From Chitinophagaceae bacterium (GTDB lineage: Bacteria; Bacteroidota; Bacteroidia; Chitinophagales; Chitinophagaceae), in the NCBI GenBank assembly GCA_046301455.1, contig JBKCJY010000400.1, forward strand, positions 1 to 50,844: 50,844 nucleotides of DNA, in the 5' to 3' direction. The notes beneath the pieces were generated by a model. It had not been told where the DNA came from. It saw only the letters and a program-made list of their open reading frames with translations, and made no database searches. The translations under genes were made by a program, and so were the position numbers. Position 1 is the first letter of the stretch. Every line of letters begins with the position of its first letter. This document shows positions 10,153-19,354 of this stretch, one piece after another.

Positions 10153-11243
10153 GTGTGAAAGTGGTTTTGGCAGGAGGTGGTACAGGCGGACATATTTTCC
10201 CTGCTATTGCCATTGCAAATGCCATTAAAAAAGTAAAGCCTGAAGCAGAGATTTTGTTTATTGGTGCAAAAGGGAAAATGGAAATGGAAAAAGTGCCTCA
10301 GGCTGGTTATGAAATAAAGGGATTGGACATTGCAGGTTTTAACAGAAGTTCTTTGATCAAAAACATCGGGTTGCCGTTAAAACTGGTAAAAAGTTTTTTA
10401 CAGGTACGACGGATTATAAATGAGTTTATGCCTGATGCAGTAATAGGAGTGGGCGGCTATTCTAGCTTTCCTGTGTTAAGGTTTGCACAAAGCAAAGGCA
10501 TTGCCACATTTATTCATGAGAGCAATTCGTTTGCAGGTAAATCCAACATCTTATTGGGAAAGAAAGCAACGAAGGTGTTTGTAGCAAGTGACGGCATGGA
10601 AAAGTTTTTTCCGAAAGAAAAGTTGATGATAACAGGTAATCCTGTTCGCTCAGCTATTTCAAAGGCGAATGTTACAAAAGAAGATGCGTTAAAGTTCTTT
10701 GGATTGAGTACAGATAAAAAGACTGTGCTCGTTGTTGGTGGAAGTCTTGGAGCAAAAAGTATTAACGAAGCCATTGATGCAGGTATTGATGCGTTTGCAC
10801 AAAACAATCTGCAACTCATTTGGCAAACCGGGAAACCTTATGCAGCACAAGGCAAAGCAAAAAGTGAAGGGAAAAGCAATATGTGGGCCAATGATTTCAT
10901 TACACAAATGGAAAATGCGTATGCGGCAGCTGATGTGGTGATTTCAAGAGCAGGTGCAATGGCCATTGCTGAAATCTGTCTGGTAGTAAAGCCTGCTGTG
11001 TTTGTTCCTTATCCACATGCGGCTGAAGATCATCAAACAGTGAATGCGATGCACCTTGTAAAAAAGAAAGCAGCATTGATGGTGAAAGATAATGAAGCAA
11101 AAGAAAAATTAGTGAACACTATCATCGCATTGGCTAATGATCAAACAAAACAAAACGAGTTGAAAGAAAATATAAAGCCGTTAGGAATTGCAGATGCAGA
11201 TGTTGTGGTGGCAAATAAAGTAATTGAGCTGATAAGTAAATGA
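10149..11243 (+). CDS. murG: Lipid II GlcNAc transferase MurG
   Basis: GGGTGGHIFP, GGY, TGNPVR, GGSLGA, SRAGA, EDHQTVNA. Confidence 0.98.
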   Translation: MSVKVVLAGGGTGGHIFPAIAIANAIKKVKPEAEILFIGAKGKMEMEKVPQAGYEIKGLDIAGFNRSSLIKNIGLPLKLVKSFLQVRRIINEFMPDAVIGVGGYSSFPVLRFAQSKGIATFIHESNSFAGKSNILLGKKATKVFVASDGMEKFFPKEKLMITGNPVRSAISKANVTKEDALKFFGLSTDKKTVLVVGGSLGAKSINEAIDAGIDAFAQNNLQLIWQTGKPYAAQGKAKSEGKSNMWANDFITQMENAYAAADVVISRAGAMAIAEICLVVKPAVFVPYPHAAEDHQTVNAMHLVKKKAALMVKDNEAKEKLVNTIIALANDQTKQNELKENIKPLGIADADVVVANKVIELISK

Positions 11244-12622
11244 TTGAGTTGAAAGATATAAAGCGAGTGTATTTCATTGGAATCGGCGGTATTGGTATGA
11301 GTGCCATTGCACGATTCTTCAATGAAAAAGGAGTGAAAGTAAGTGGTTATGATAAAACAGTAACGCCACTTACATCACAATTAGAAGCTGAGGGAATTGA
11401 AGTTCATTATGAAGAAGATGTTGATAGTATTCCTAAAGATGTGCAGTTGGTGGTGTACACACCTGCTATTCCTAAGGAGCACAAGGAATATCAATATTAT
11501 TTGCAAAACGGATACAGTGTTGTTAAGCGGAGTGATGTGTTGCAAATTATTACGCAAAGTTCTTTGAATATATGTGTGGCAGGTACGCATGGTAAAACAA
11601 CCATTAGCACCATTACAGGTCATTTGCTGCGGCATACAGGTAATGGATGCAATGCATTTCTCGGAGGTATTGCTGTAAACTATAATCGTAATTTCTGGAG
11701 CAGTGATAACAATGTATGTGTGGTGGAAGCAGATGAGTACGACCGATCCTTTCACAAGTTGAGTCCCGACATTGCTGTGATTACTGCAATGGATGCCGAC
11801 CATCTTGATATTTACGGAACTGCAGAGGTAATGGAAGAGGCATTCATTGAGTTCACAAGAAAAATTAAAGAAGGCGGATGGCTCATCAGTAAGTATGGAT
11901 TGAAACGGACGATGGATTTAAAAGCAACACATCACATCACTTATCATTTAAATAATGAAATGGCTGATGTGTATACCAAAAACCTCAAAGTAGAAAATGG
12001 AACGTATTTATTTGATGTGGTGATGAAGGATTGGTTGCTCAAAGATGTGAATTTAAAAATCGGCGGACTGCATAATGTTGAAAATGCATTGCCTGCCATT
12101 GCTGTGGCACACATCCTGCAAATTAATGATGCAAAAATCAAGAATGCAGTAGCAGATTTTAAAGGTGTGAAGAGAAGATTTGAATATGTAATTGCTCCAG
12201 GTGAATCTGATGTTGTTTTTGTTGACGACTATGCACATCACCCTGAAGAGTTACGGGCATTAATAAACGGTACCAGAAGTTTGTTTGAAAAACAGAAGCT
12301 GGTTCTTGTATTTCAGCCGCATCTGTTTACCAGAACAAGAGATTTGGCTGATGGCTTTGCAGAAGTACTGGACTTGGCAGATGAAGTAATTCTCCTGCCC
12401 ATTTATCCGGCAAGAGAATTACCATTAGAAGGTGTAACGAGTGATATGATTTTAAAGAGAATGAATCTAAAGAATAAAAAAGTGATGAGTAAAGATGAGT
12501 TGAAAGCAGGTGTCAAAGAATTGGTTAGTGGGAATGCCAACCAGGGTGTTGTATTCATCACCGCAGGTGCAGGAGATATAGATGCAATGTTGAATGAATT
12601 AAAAGAATTGATTTTAAAATAA
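11240..12622 (+). CDS. murC: UDP-MurNAc:L-Ala ligase MurC
   Basis: IGIGGIGMS, GTHGKTT, EADEYD, DHLD, DDYAHHP, FQPH. Confidence 0.98.
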   Translation: MIELKDIKRVYFIGIGGIGMSAIARFFNEKGVKVSGYDKTVTPLTSQLEAEGIEVHYEEDVDSIPKDVQLVVYTPAIPKEHKEYQYYLQNGYSVVKRSDVLQIITQSSLNICVAGTHGKTTISTITGHLLRHTGNGCNAFLGGIAVNYNRNFWSSDNNVCVVEADEYDRSFHKLSPDIAVITAMDADHLDIYGTAEVMEEAFIEFTRKIKEGGWLISKYGLKRTMDLKATHHITYHLNNEMADVYTKNLKVENGTYLFDVVMKDWLLKDVNLKIGGLHNVENALPAIAVAHILQINDAKIKNAVADFKGVKRRFEYVIAPGESDVVFVDDYAHHPEELRALINGTRSLFEKQKLVLVFQPHLFTRTRDLADGFAEVLDLADEVILLPIYPARELPLEGVTSDMILKRMNLKNKKVMSKDELKAGVKELVSGNANQGVVFITAGAGDIDAMLNELKELILK

Positions 12623-13747
12623 GTGGCAATAAATAAAAAAATAGTTAAACGAATTCTCATTACAACAGTTTGGTCGCTGGTGGCGGCTGGTGCTGTGGTA
12701 TTGCTGATTGCTGCTACACGTCAGCAAAATGCAAAAGTTTGTAGTGATGTAGTGGTGCGTGTAAAGGGTGTAGATGGCGTGCAGTACATCAGCTAAAAAA
12801 ATATTCTCAACACTATTTCAGGAGGAGCGCCTGAAACCATGAAAGGTCAGTTGATTAAAACATTTGACTTAAATCAACTGGAACAACTGCTCGAAAAAAA
12901 CCTTTGGATTCGTAATGCAGAATTGTTCTTTGACAATAAAGATGTGTTGCATGTTGACATCACCGAACGTCAACCTGTGGCTCGTGTGTTTGCTGTGAGT
13001 GGTGAAACGTTTTATCTAGATGATATGGGTGAACAGTTGCCTACAACCAACGATCAAATAGCAAGAGTGCCTGTATTTACATCGTTCCCAACGATTACAA
13101 AACCATTAGTGAGTAAAGACAGTGTGTTGTTACAACAGGTGAAAGAAGTGGGAACTTATTTGCTCAAACACAATTTCTGGATGGCGCAAGTAGAGCAGGT
13201 GAACATTAATAATTATGAATTGGAATTGATACCCAAGCTGGGCAATCACATTATACAGTTTGGTGAAGGAACCAATGTGGATGCAAAGTTTAACCGCTTG
13301 CTCTTGTTCTACAAACAAATTATGAATAAAACAGGATGGAATTATTACAGCTCATTAGATGTGCGTTATGATAAACAACTCGTAGCAGTACGCAGAGACA
13401 GTGCCAGCTTGTTCAAAAGTTTTGCACTGGCTTCTAAAGACAGTATCCGCATAAGTAATGTAATCGACAGTTTGCAACTGGCTAGAGATACATCAATGGC
13501 ATTGATAAAAAAAGATTCAACAGTTTCGGTTACCTCTAAAACCACTATCCAAAACCCACAATCTGTTCCTGTGAAAACTCAATCCAATCCTTTATCAATA
13601 CCGGTGAAGAACCAAAATCCTCCCCGTGTAAAAACAAAACCAACAACCCAACGTGAAGAAGAAAATGTTTTGAACGAAGCAAAAAAGCAAAGTGAAAAGA
13701 AACCGTCACAAATCAAGCCAAAAACTGTAATGGAAAAGAAGAATTAA
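12623..13747 (+). pseudogene. ftsQ: Cell division protein FtsQ, interrupted by an in-frame TAA at 12794-12796 (possibly a sequence error)
   Basis: GTG right after the murC stop gives MAINKKIVKRILITTVWSLVAAGAVVLLIAA (TM)...QYIS*KNILNTISGGAPETMKGQ, in frame with ORF 12839-13747 (POTRA-like, ERQPVAR, LDVRY); located between murC and ftsA. Confidence 0.88.
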
Positions 13748-13864
13748 CAGCAACTATAAGAGAACCAACCTCTATGAAATAAGAACCAAAGAGAATATGA
13801 CACAAAATAAAAACAACATAAACAATAAACATTTTTCAACACACAACTAAAACTCAATACAACT

Positions 13865-15250
13865 ATGACAACGGAATTACCAAACGGAACTACAACTACC
13901 GTAAACAACAATCCCATCATTGTTGGTTTGGACATTGGAACTACCAAGATTGCAGCTATCGCTGGCCGTAAAAATGAATTCGGCAAGCTGGAAATTCTTG
14001 GTTTTGGCCGTGCCAACTCCAATGGAGTGCAGCATGGTATGGTGCTCAATATTGACCAAACCATTAAAGCCATTGAACAGGCATTACAAAACTGTTATGC
14101 AAGTAACCCCAACCTGGAAATTAATGAAGTGTATGTGGGTATTGCAGGTCATCACATCAAATCACTTCAAACACGTGGTGATATTGTGCGTCAGTTAACA
14201 GATGAAGAAATTTCTCAAAAAGAAATTGACCAGCTTATTGGCGACCAGTACAAAACCTATATTCCTGCAGGCGACCAAATCATTGATGTAATTCCACAGG
14301 AATTTACAGTTGATAATTTTCAAAACATTCCCAATCCTATCGGTTACAGTGGTGTAAAAGTGGGAGCCAACTTTCACATCATCACAGGGGATAAAAATGC
14401 AATTCGTAATATCAATCGCAGTGTAGAGAAAAGTAATTTAAAAACAAAAGACCTCGTATTGCAACCGCTTGCATCTGCTGCTGCTGTTATGTGTGAACAT
14501 GATTTGGAAGCAGGTGTTGCTATTGTTGATATTGGTGGTGGCACTACTGATCTTGCTGTGTTTTATGAAGGCATTTTAAAACACACTGCTGTGATTCCAT
14601 TTGGTGGTGAAAACATTACCAATGATATTAAAATGGGGCTTGGTGTGTTACGCACACAGGCGGAACAAATGAAAGTGCAGTTTGGAAGTGCATTGGCTGA
14701 TGAAGCAAAATCAAATGCATTCATCACTATTCCGGGTATTCGTGGCATGCAGCCAAAAGAAATTTCTGTAAAAAATCTTGCAAATATCATTCAGGCACGC
14801 ATGAGTGAGATAATGGATTTTGTAGCGTATCATTTAAAGCAGGTTGGTTTGGATAATCGTTTACTCAATGGTGGTATTGTGTTAACAGGTGGTGGTTCAC
14901 AATTGAAACATCTCATTCAGTTAACAGAATATGTTACAGGATTGAATGCACGTATTGGTTATCCCAATGAACATTTGGCATCAGGCCATATTGATGAATT
15001 AGCTAAGCCAATGTATTCAACCTGTATTGGTTTAATACTGAAAGGTTACAACGTATTTGAAAACACACAAAATAAATTGAAAGGAATTGAAGTGGCTGAA
15101 CCTGCTTCAGAAGTTGTAACTACCTATGATGAACCATCAGATACGCATCATGTACAAATCAAGAAAAGAAAAAGCTTAAAGGGATTTATGGATAGTATTA
15201 AAGACGGATTGATTGATTTATTTCATGAAGAAGAAGATAAAAAATTCTAA
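13865..15250 (+). CDS. ftsA: Cell division protein FtsA
   Basis: GLDIGTTKI, VDIGGGTTD, IVLTGGGS; C-terminal amphipathic helix. Confidence 0.98.
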   Translation: MTTELPNGTTTTVNNNPIIVGLDIGTTKIAAIAGRKNEFGKLEILGFGRANSNGVQHGMVLNIDQTIKAIEQALQNCYASNPNLEINEVYVGIAGHHIKSLQTRGDIVRQLTDEEISQKEIDQLIGDQYKTYIPAGDQIIDVIPQEFTVDNFQNIPNPIGYSGVKVGANFHIITGDKNAIRNINRSVEKSNLKTKDLVLQPLASAAAVMCEHDLEAGVAIVDIGGGTTDLAVFYEGILKHTAVIPFGGENITNDIKMGLGVLRTQAEQMKVQFGSALADEAKSNAFITIPGIRGMQPKEISVKNLANIIQARMSEIMDFVAYHLKQVGLDNRLLNGGIVLTGGGSQLKHLIQLTEYVTGLNARIGYPNEHLASGHIDELAKPMYSTCIGLILKGYNVFENTQNKLKGIEVAEPASEVVTTYDEPSDTHHVQIKKRKSLKGFMDSIKDGLIDLFHEEEDKKF

Positions 15251-15319
15251 GAATCTTAACCCAAATGATAAACTCCAATTAGTTCTTTTCAAAACTTACA
15301 AACCCATTAAACGAACATT

Positions 15320-17179
15320 ATGATACATTTTGATTTGCCAAAAGAAAAATCGTCCATCATCAAGGTAATTGGTGTGGGTGGCGGTGGAAGCAACGCTGTA
15401 AATCACATGCACTCTCAAATTAAAGAAGGTGTAAACTTCATCATCTGCAATACAGATGCGCAAGCTATTGCATTGAGTATGGTGCCCAATAAAGTACAGT
15501 TGGGTCCACATTTAACACAGGGGCTTGGTGCAGGTGCTAACCCTGAAATTGGCAGACAGGCTACAGAAGAAAGTCTGGAAGAAATCAAACGCATACTGGA
15601 AGTTAATACCAAGATGGCATTCATTACTGCAGGCATGGGCGGCGGTACAGGTACAGGTGGTGCACCTATCATTGCAAAAATTTGTAAAGACCTTGGTATC
15701 CTCACTGTTGGTATTGTTACCACTCCCTTTGGTTATGAAGGAAAGAAGCGTATTGCTCAGGCTGAGGAAGGTATTAACAAATTGAAAGATTATGTAGATA
15801 CATTACTTGTTATCAGCAATGATAAACTGCGTCATCAGTTTGGTAATTTAAAAATGAAAGAAGCTTTTTCAAAAGCTGATAATGTATTGGCAACTGCTGC
15901 AAAATGTATCACCGATGTGATTAACAGCACAGGACAAATTAATGTTGACTTTGCGGATGTATGCACCGTGATGAAGAGTGGTGGTGTTGCAATTCTGGGT
16001 AATGCAAGTGCCAGCGGCGAAAACCGTGCGCAACTGGCAATTGAGCAGGCGTTGAATTCACCATTGCTCAATGATAATGATATACGTGGCGCTAAGTGGA
16101 TTCTCATTAACATCAACAGTGCAGAAGGTGAACATGAGTTTACTATGGATGAAGTGGAAGTTATCCAAAATCATTTGTTGAGTCAAGCAGGAGAAGATAC
16201 GGATGTGATTCTTGGTTTGGGTTATGACCCGGCGTTAGGAAATGAAATTGGTATTACACTCATTGCAACTGGTTTTGAGCAAAAGAATCCGTTTGATAAA
16301 AAGCCAGTGGTAAAAGAAGAGCCAAAGGCAAAAGACGAAAAAATTGTATTGGTACTAGGTGAACCTGAAGTAAAAAAGGAAACCGTACAGCCGGTATTGT
16401 TTAAAGAAGAAGTTAAAGATCCGATTGCTCCTGTGATTGTGGAAGAGGTGACGCCAAAAGAGGAAGTGAAGCCACAACCAGTTGTTGAAACAGCACGTAT
16501 TGAATTTGTTTTAGAGCCTACAATAAAACCAGTTGCAGAACCCGTTGCAGAAGTAAAGCCTGTTGAAGTGGTGATGCCTGCTTCGACTGCAGTTGAGGAA
16601 GTTAAGAAAGAAGAAATCATTATGCGTGAAGCCGAGTTTATTGGTAAACCCATGATGCCAAAAACAGAAACGCCTGTTGAAGTAAAACCTTCTAATGGGT
16701 TTTTGCAAAAGCCTGCGGTGATTTATGCAGAATCTCCAAAGGAAGAAGTTGCTCCTCAAATAAAAGAAGAACCAAAACCACATCCTGTTCAAATTCAATT
16801 CGTGAAAGAAGAGGAAGAAAGTTTTGAAATGCAATTGGTAGAAAAATCTGCAACACCTGTTGTGGAAGAAGTGGTGCAGCAGAAATTTCACTTGCCTGTA
16901 AATGAAGAGCCGCCAGTGTATGATGAAGCAGAAGAACATCGTAAAAAAGCAGCAGAGCGTTTACAGAAGTTGCGGAATCTTTCATTCAATATTAATGGTG
17001 CCGACCCCAACAATGAGTTTGATAATGTACCTGCATACCTGCGCCGCAATCTGGAATTGTACAATACCATTTCGCCTGCTGAAAATTTTTACAGCAATTA
17101 CACTGTACAGACAGATGATAATAACAAAACTGAAATCAATACCATCAATACATTTTTAGATGGTAAGAAACCTGATTAA
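15320..17179 (+). CDS. ftsZ: Cell division protein FtsZ with a long Glu/Pro/Val linker
   Basis: IGVGGGGSNA, GMGGGTGTG, NVDFAD; VPAYLRR C-terminal core. Confidence 0.99.
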   Translation: MIHFDLPKEKSSIIKVIGVGGGGSNAVNHMHSQIKEGVNFIICNTDAQAIALSMVPNKVQLGPHLTQGLGAGANPEIGRQATEESLEEIKRILEVNTKMAFITAGMGGGTGTGGAPIIAKICKDLGILTVGIVTTPFGYEGKKRIAQAEEGINKLKDYVDTLLVISNDKLRHQFGNLKMKEAFSKADNVLATAAKCITDVINSTGQINVDFADVCTVMKSGGVAILGNASASGENRAQLAIEQALNSPLLNDNDIRGAKWILININSAEGEHEFTMDEVEVIQNHLLSQAGEDTDVILGLGYDPALGNEIGITLIATGFEQKNPFDKKPVVKEEPKAKDEKIVLVLGEPEVKKETVQPVLFKEEVKDPIAPVIVEEVTPKEEVKPQPVVETARIEFVLEPTIKPVAEPVAEVKPVEVVMPASTAVEEVKKEEIIMREAEFIGKPMMPKTETPVEVKPSNGFLQKPAVIYAESPKEEVAPQIKEEPKPHPVQIQFVKEEEESFEMQLVEKSATPVVEEVVQQKFHLPVNEEPPVYDEAEEHRKKAAERLQKLRNLSFNINGADPNNEFDNVPAYLRRNLELYNTISPAENFYSNYTVQTDDNNKTEINTINTFLDGKKPD

Positions 17180-17238
17180 TCAGTTGCTATGATATTGAAG
17201 TTTGTATTTCTGACTAGTTGAGTTTATTAGTTGTGTTA

Positions 17239-17266
17239 TCCCTCCGCTTTTGCGGAGGGATTTTTT
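17239..17266 (+). terminator. Intrinsic terminator of the dcw operon
   Basis: tccctccgc-tttt-gcggaggga followed by T6. Confidence 0.88.
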
Positions 17267-17524
17267 CGCCGTCTGACGGCATCGTCTGCTCGGGAAAAGC
17301 AGGAAAAAAAAATAAAAAAGGGCAGAGAGGCACGGAAAGCATGGAGGGATTTTGAACACAGAGGTTAAGAGAAAAATGGGTAAGTGCATTAGTGATTTAT
17401 CATCTTATCCTCTCCATCTCTTTGCTTTGTGTTTTCCCTTGGTAAGTTTTAAAACCTAACATTTCTCTAACACACGCAGAGTAACAATCAGCATCTCGTG
17501 TATATATAAAGAAAACATACAGCG

Positions 17525-17815
17525 ATGAAAACCTTACTCACTATCATTACCCAGCTTGACCAGCCCGAATTCATCTGCAACCTTGTAGAACGATTGGCCT
17601 ATACGCATCCTGATTTAGGTTATGGTTCTTACAAGCGAACAGGCAACTGGCAACCTGTTGAAACTTCAACCAACGATATTTATGCTGGCGGCACCGTGCA
17701 AATGATTATGAATGATGAACACTTCAATATTCCTTACATCGCTAATTTTTTGTTTACCTGTTTAAAGGGAAAAGATGGGGTGTATAAATTGGAGTGGGGA
17801 TGTTCTTTGAGTTGA
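17525..17815 (+). CDS. Hypothetical protein, 96 aa
   Basis: ATG after an A-rich leader; fills the gap between the terminator and queA; no recognised motif. Confidence 0.7.
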   Translation: MKTLLTIITQLDQPEFICNLVERLAYTHPDLGYGSYKRTGNWQPVETSTNDIYAGGTVQMIMNDEHFNIPYIANFLFTCLKGKDGVYKLEWGCSLS

Positions 17816-17825
17816 TTGATGCAAT

Positions 17826-17892
17826 GAAAATAAGGAAGTACAAGTAAGAGATACAGCACCGGCCCCTCGTTTGTACAAATGCCGGTTCAATA
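17826..17892 (+). repeat. Interspersed repeat copy B (diverged)
   Basis: gaaaa..gtacaagtaagagatacag-N24-gccggttcaa has the same block spacing as the other copies. Confidence 0.45.
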
Positions 17893-17988
17893 ACCCCTTT
17901 GTTAACTTCTTCAATTCTGACAATTCAATTGCCTTTTTTTCACACAACCTTCACAGACCTTCATTTGTAATACTTCAAATTATTTCAA

Positions 17989-19239
17989 ATGAACGAACTT
18001 CGCAGCATGCTTCCACATCCATCAGAACTTGAAATAAAAAATTTTACATACAACCTGCCCGATGAACGTATTGCTAAATATCCATTGGCGGAACGTGACC
18101 TGAGCAAACTGCTCATTTATAAAAATGGAATGATCAGCGAAACAACTTACAGGAATATTGCTGAGCAATTTACCCGTAAAACATTGTTGCTGTTTAATAA
18201 TACCAAAGTAATTGAAGCACGCATCTTTTTTCAGAAACCAACGGGTGGTGTAATAGAAATATTTTGTTTAGAGCCCGCACATAATGCTGAAGTTACACAA
18301 GCCATGATGAGCAAAGGAAAAGTGCAATGGAATTGTATGATTGGTGGCGCCAGCAAATGGAAAGAACCGGTGCTGGAAAAAAAGATTGAGGTGGACGGCA
18401 ACACCATTCAGCTTTTTGCAGAAATCAAAGAACGACTGCCCGATTGTTTTGTAATTGAATTCAGCTGGCATCATGATAGTTATTGTTTTGGTGAATTGCT
18501 GCATCATGCAGGTGTCATTCCCTTGCCACCATATTTGCACCGTGATGCAGATAAACAGGATTATGAACGCTATCAAACAGTGTATGCAAAAAATGAAGGC
18601 AGTGTGGCAGCACCTACTGCAGGGTTGCATTTTACACCAAAGCTGCTGGAAGAGTTAACAGCGAAAGGTGTTTTGATGGAGCACGTAACGCTTCATGTGG
18701 GTGCAGGTACATTCAAACCCGTGAAGAGTGAAACCATGAAAGATCATGAAATGCATAAAGAATGGATACAGGTAAATAAAACATCCATTGAAAATATTCT
18801 CAACTATCATCCTGAAGATGTGATTCCGGTGGGCACCACTTCACTCCGCACTTTGGAAACATTGTACTGGATGGGTGTAAAAGCATTCCTCAATCCAGAT
18901 GCAACAATTGAAGAATTGGAAATAAAACAATGGGATGCATATGAGCTCAATGCCGAAAAGATCTCAACTGAGCAATCCCTGCAAGCGCTCATCGGCTGGA
19001 TGAACGACCATGGGCAGGAGCAACTTATTTGCCACACACAATTATTAGTGGCACCAGGCTATACGCCCAGAATCGCAGATGCACTCATCACTAATTTTCA
19101 TCAGCCCAATTCAACATTGCTGTTGTTGGTTGCAGCTTTAATTGGTGATAACTGGCGCACAGTGTATGATTATGCACTGGAACATGATTTCCGCTTTTTG
19201 AGTTATGGTGATGGAAGCTTGTTGTGGTGTGAGAAGTGA
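17989..19239 (+). CDS. queA: S-adenosylmethionine:tRNA ribosyltransferase-isomerase QueA
   Basis: NNTKVI, PLPPY, YQTVYA, GSVAAPTAGLHF, LHVGAGTFKPV, TNFHQP, FLSYGD. Confidence 0.97.
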   Translation: MNELRSMLPHPSELEIKNFTYNLPDERIAKYPLAERDLSKLLIYKNGMISETTYRNIAEQFTRKTLLLFNNTKVIEARIFFQKPTGGVIEIFCLEPAHNAEVTQAMMSKGKVQWNCMIGGASKWKEPVLEKKIEVDGNTIQLFAEIKERLPDCFVIEFSWHHDSYCFGELLHHAGVIPLPPYLHRDADKQDYERYQTVYAKNEGSVAAPTAGLHFTPKLLEELTAKGVLMEHVTLHVGAGTFKPVKSETMKDHEMHKEWIQVNKTSIENILNYHPEDVIPVGTTSLRTLETLYWMGVKAFLNPDATIEELEIKQWDAYELNAEKISTEQSLQALIGWMNDHGQEQLICHTQLLVAPGYTPRIADALITNFHQPNSTLLLLVAALIGDNWRTVYDYALEHDFRFLSYGDGSLLWCEK

Positions 19240-19354
19240 GCCGGCTAATGACTATCGGCTAAAGACTTTTTTGCAATTTCCCCCCATCACCTACCTTTAT
19301 GCCGTTAAAGCAACCAATTCAAATTTGGTTCGTATCCGCACTTAAACAATTTTT

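Noticed and set aside
12794-12796. Selenocysteine/pyrrolysine recoding or an alternative genetic code at the ftsQ stop
   Set aside because: The codon is TAA, which ends most genes in this window; Sec and Pyl use TGA and TAG
12839-13747. 302-aa ORF as the complete FtsQ
   Set aside because: It lacks the TM anchor, which is encoded in frame upstream of the TAA at 12794
16300-16950. Long Glu/Pro/Val/Lys-rich FtsZ linker as a novelty
   Set aside because: Long disordered linkers and tails beyond the core motif are common in Bacteroidota FtsZ
515-17179. Absence of murF, ddl and murB from the dcw cluster
   Set aside because: Usual Bacteroidota arrangement; these genes are normally elsewhere
17816-17988. 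preQ1 riboswitch upstream of queA
   Set aside because: No recognisable preQ1 stem-loop with an A-rich tail
19240-19354. c-di-AMP riboswitch upstream of kup
   Set aside because: The leader is too short and has only a small aaccaa/ttggtt hairpin
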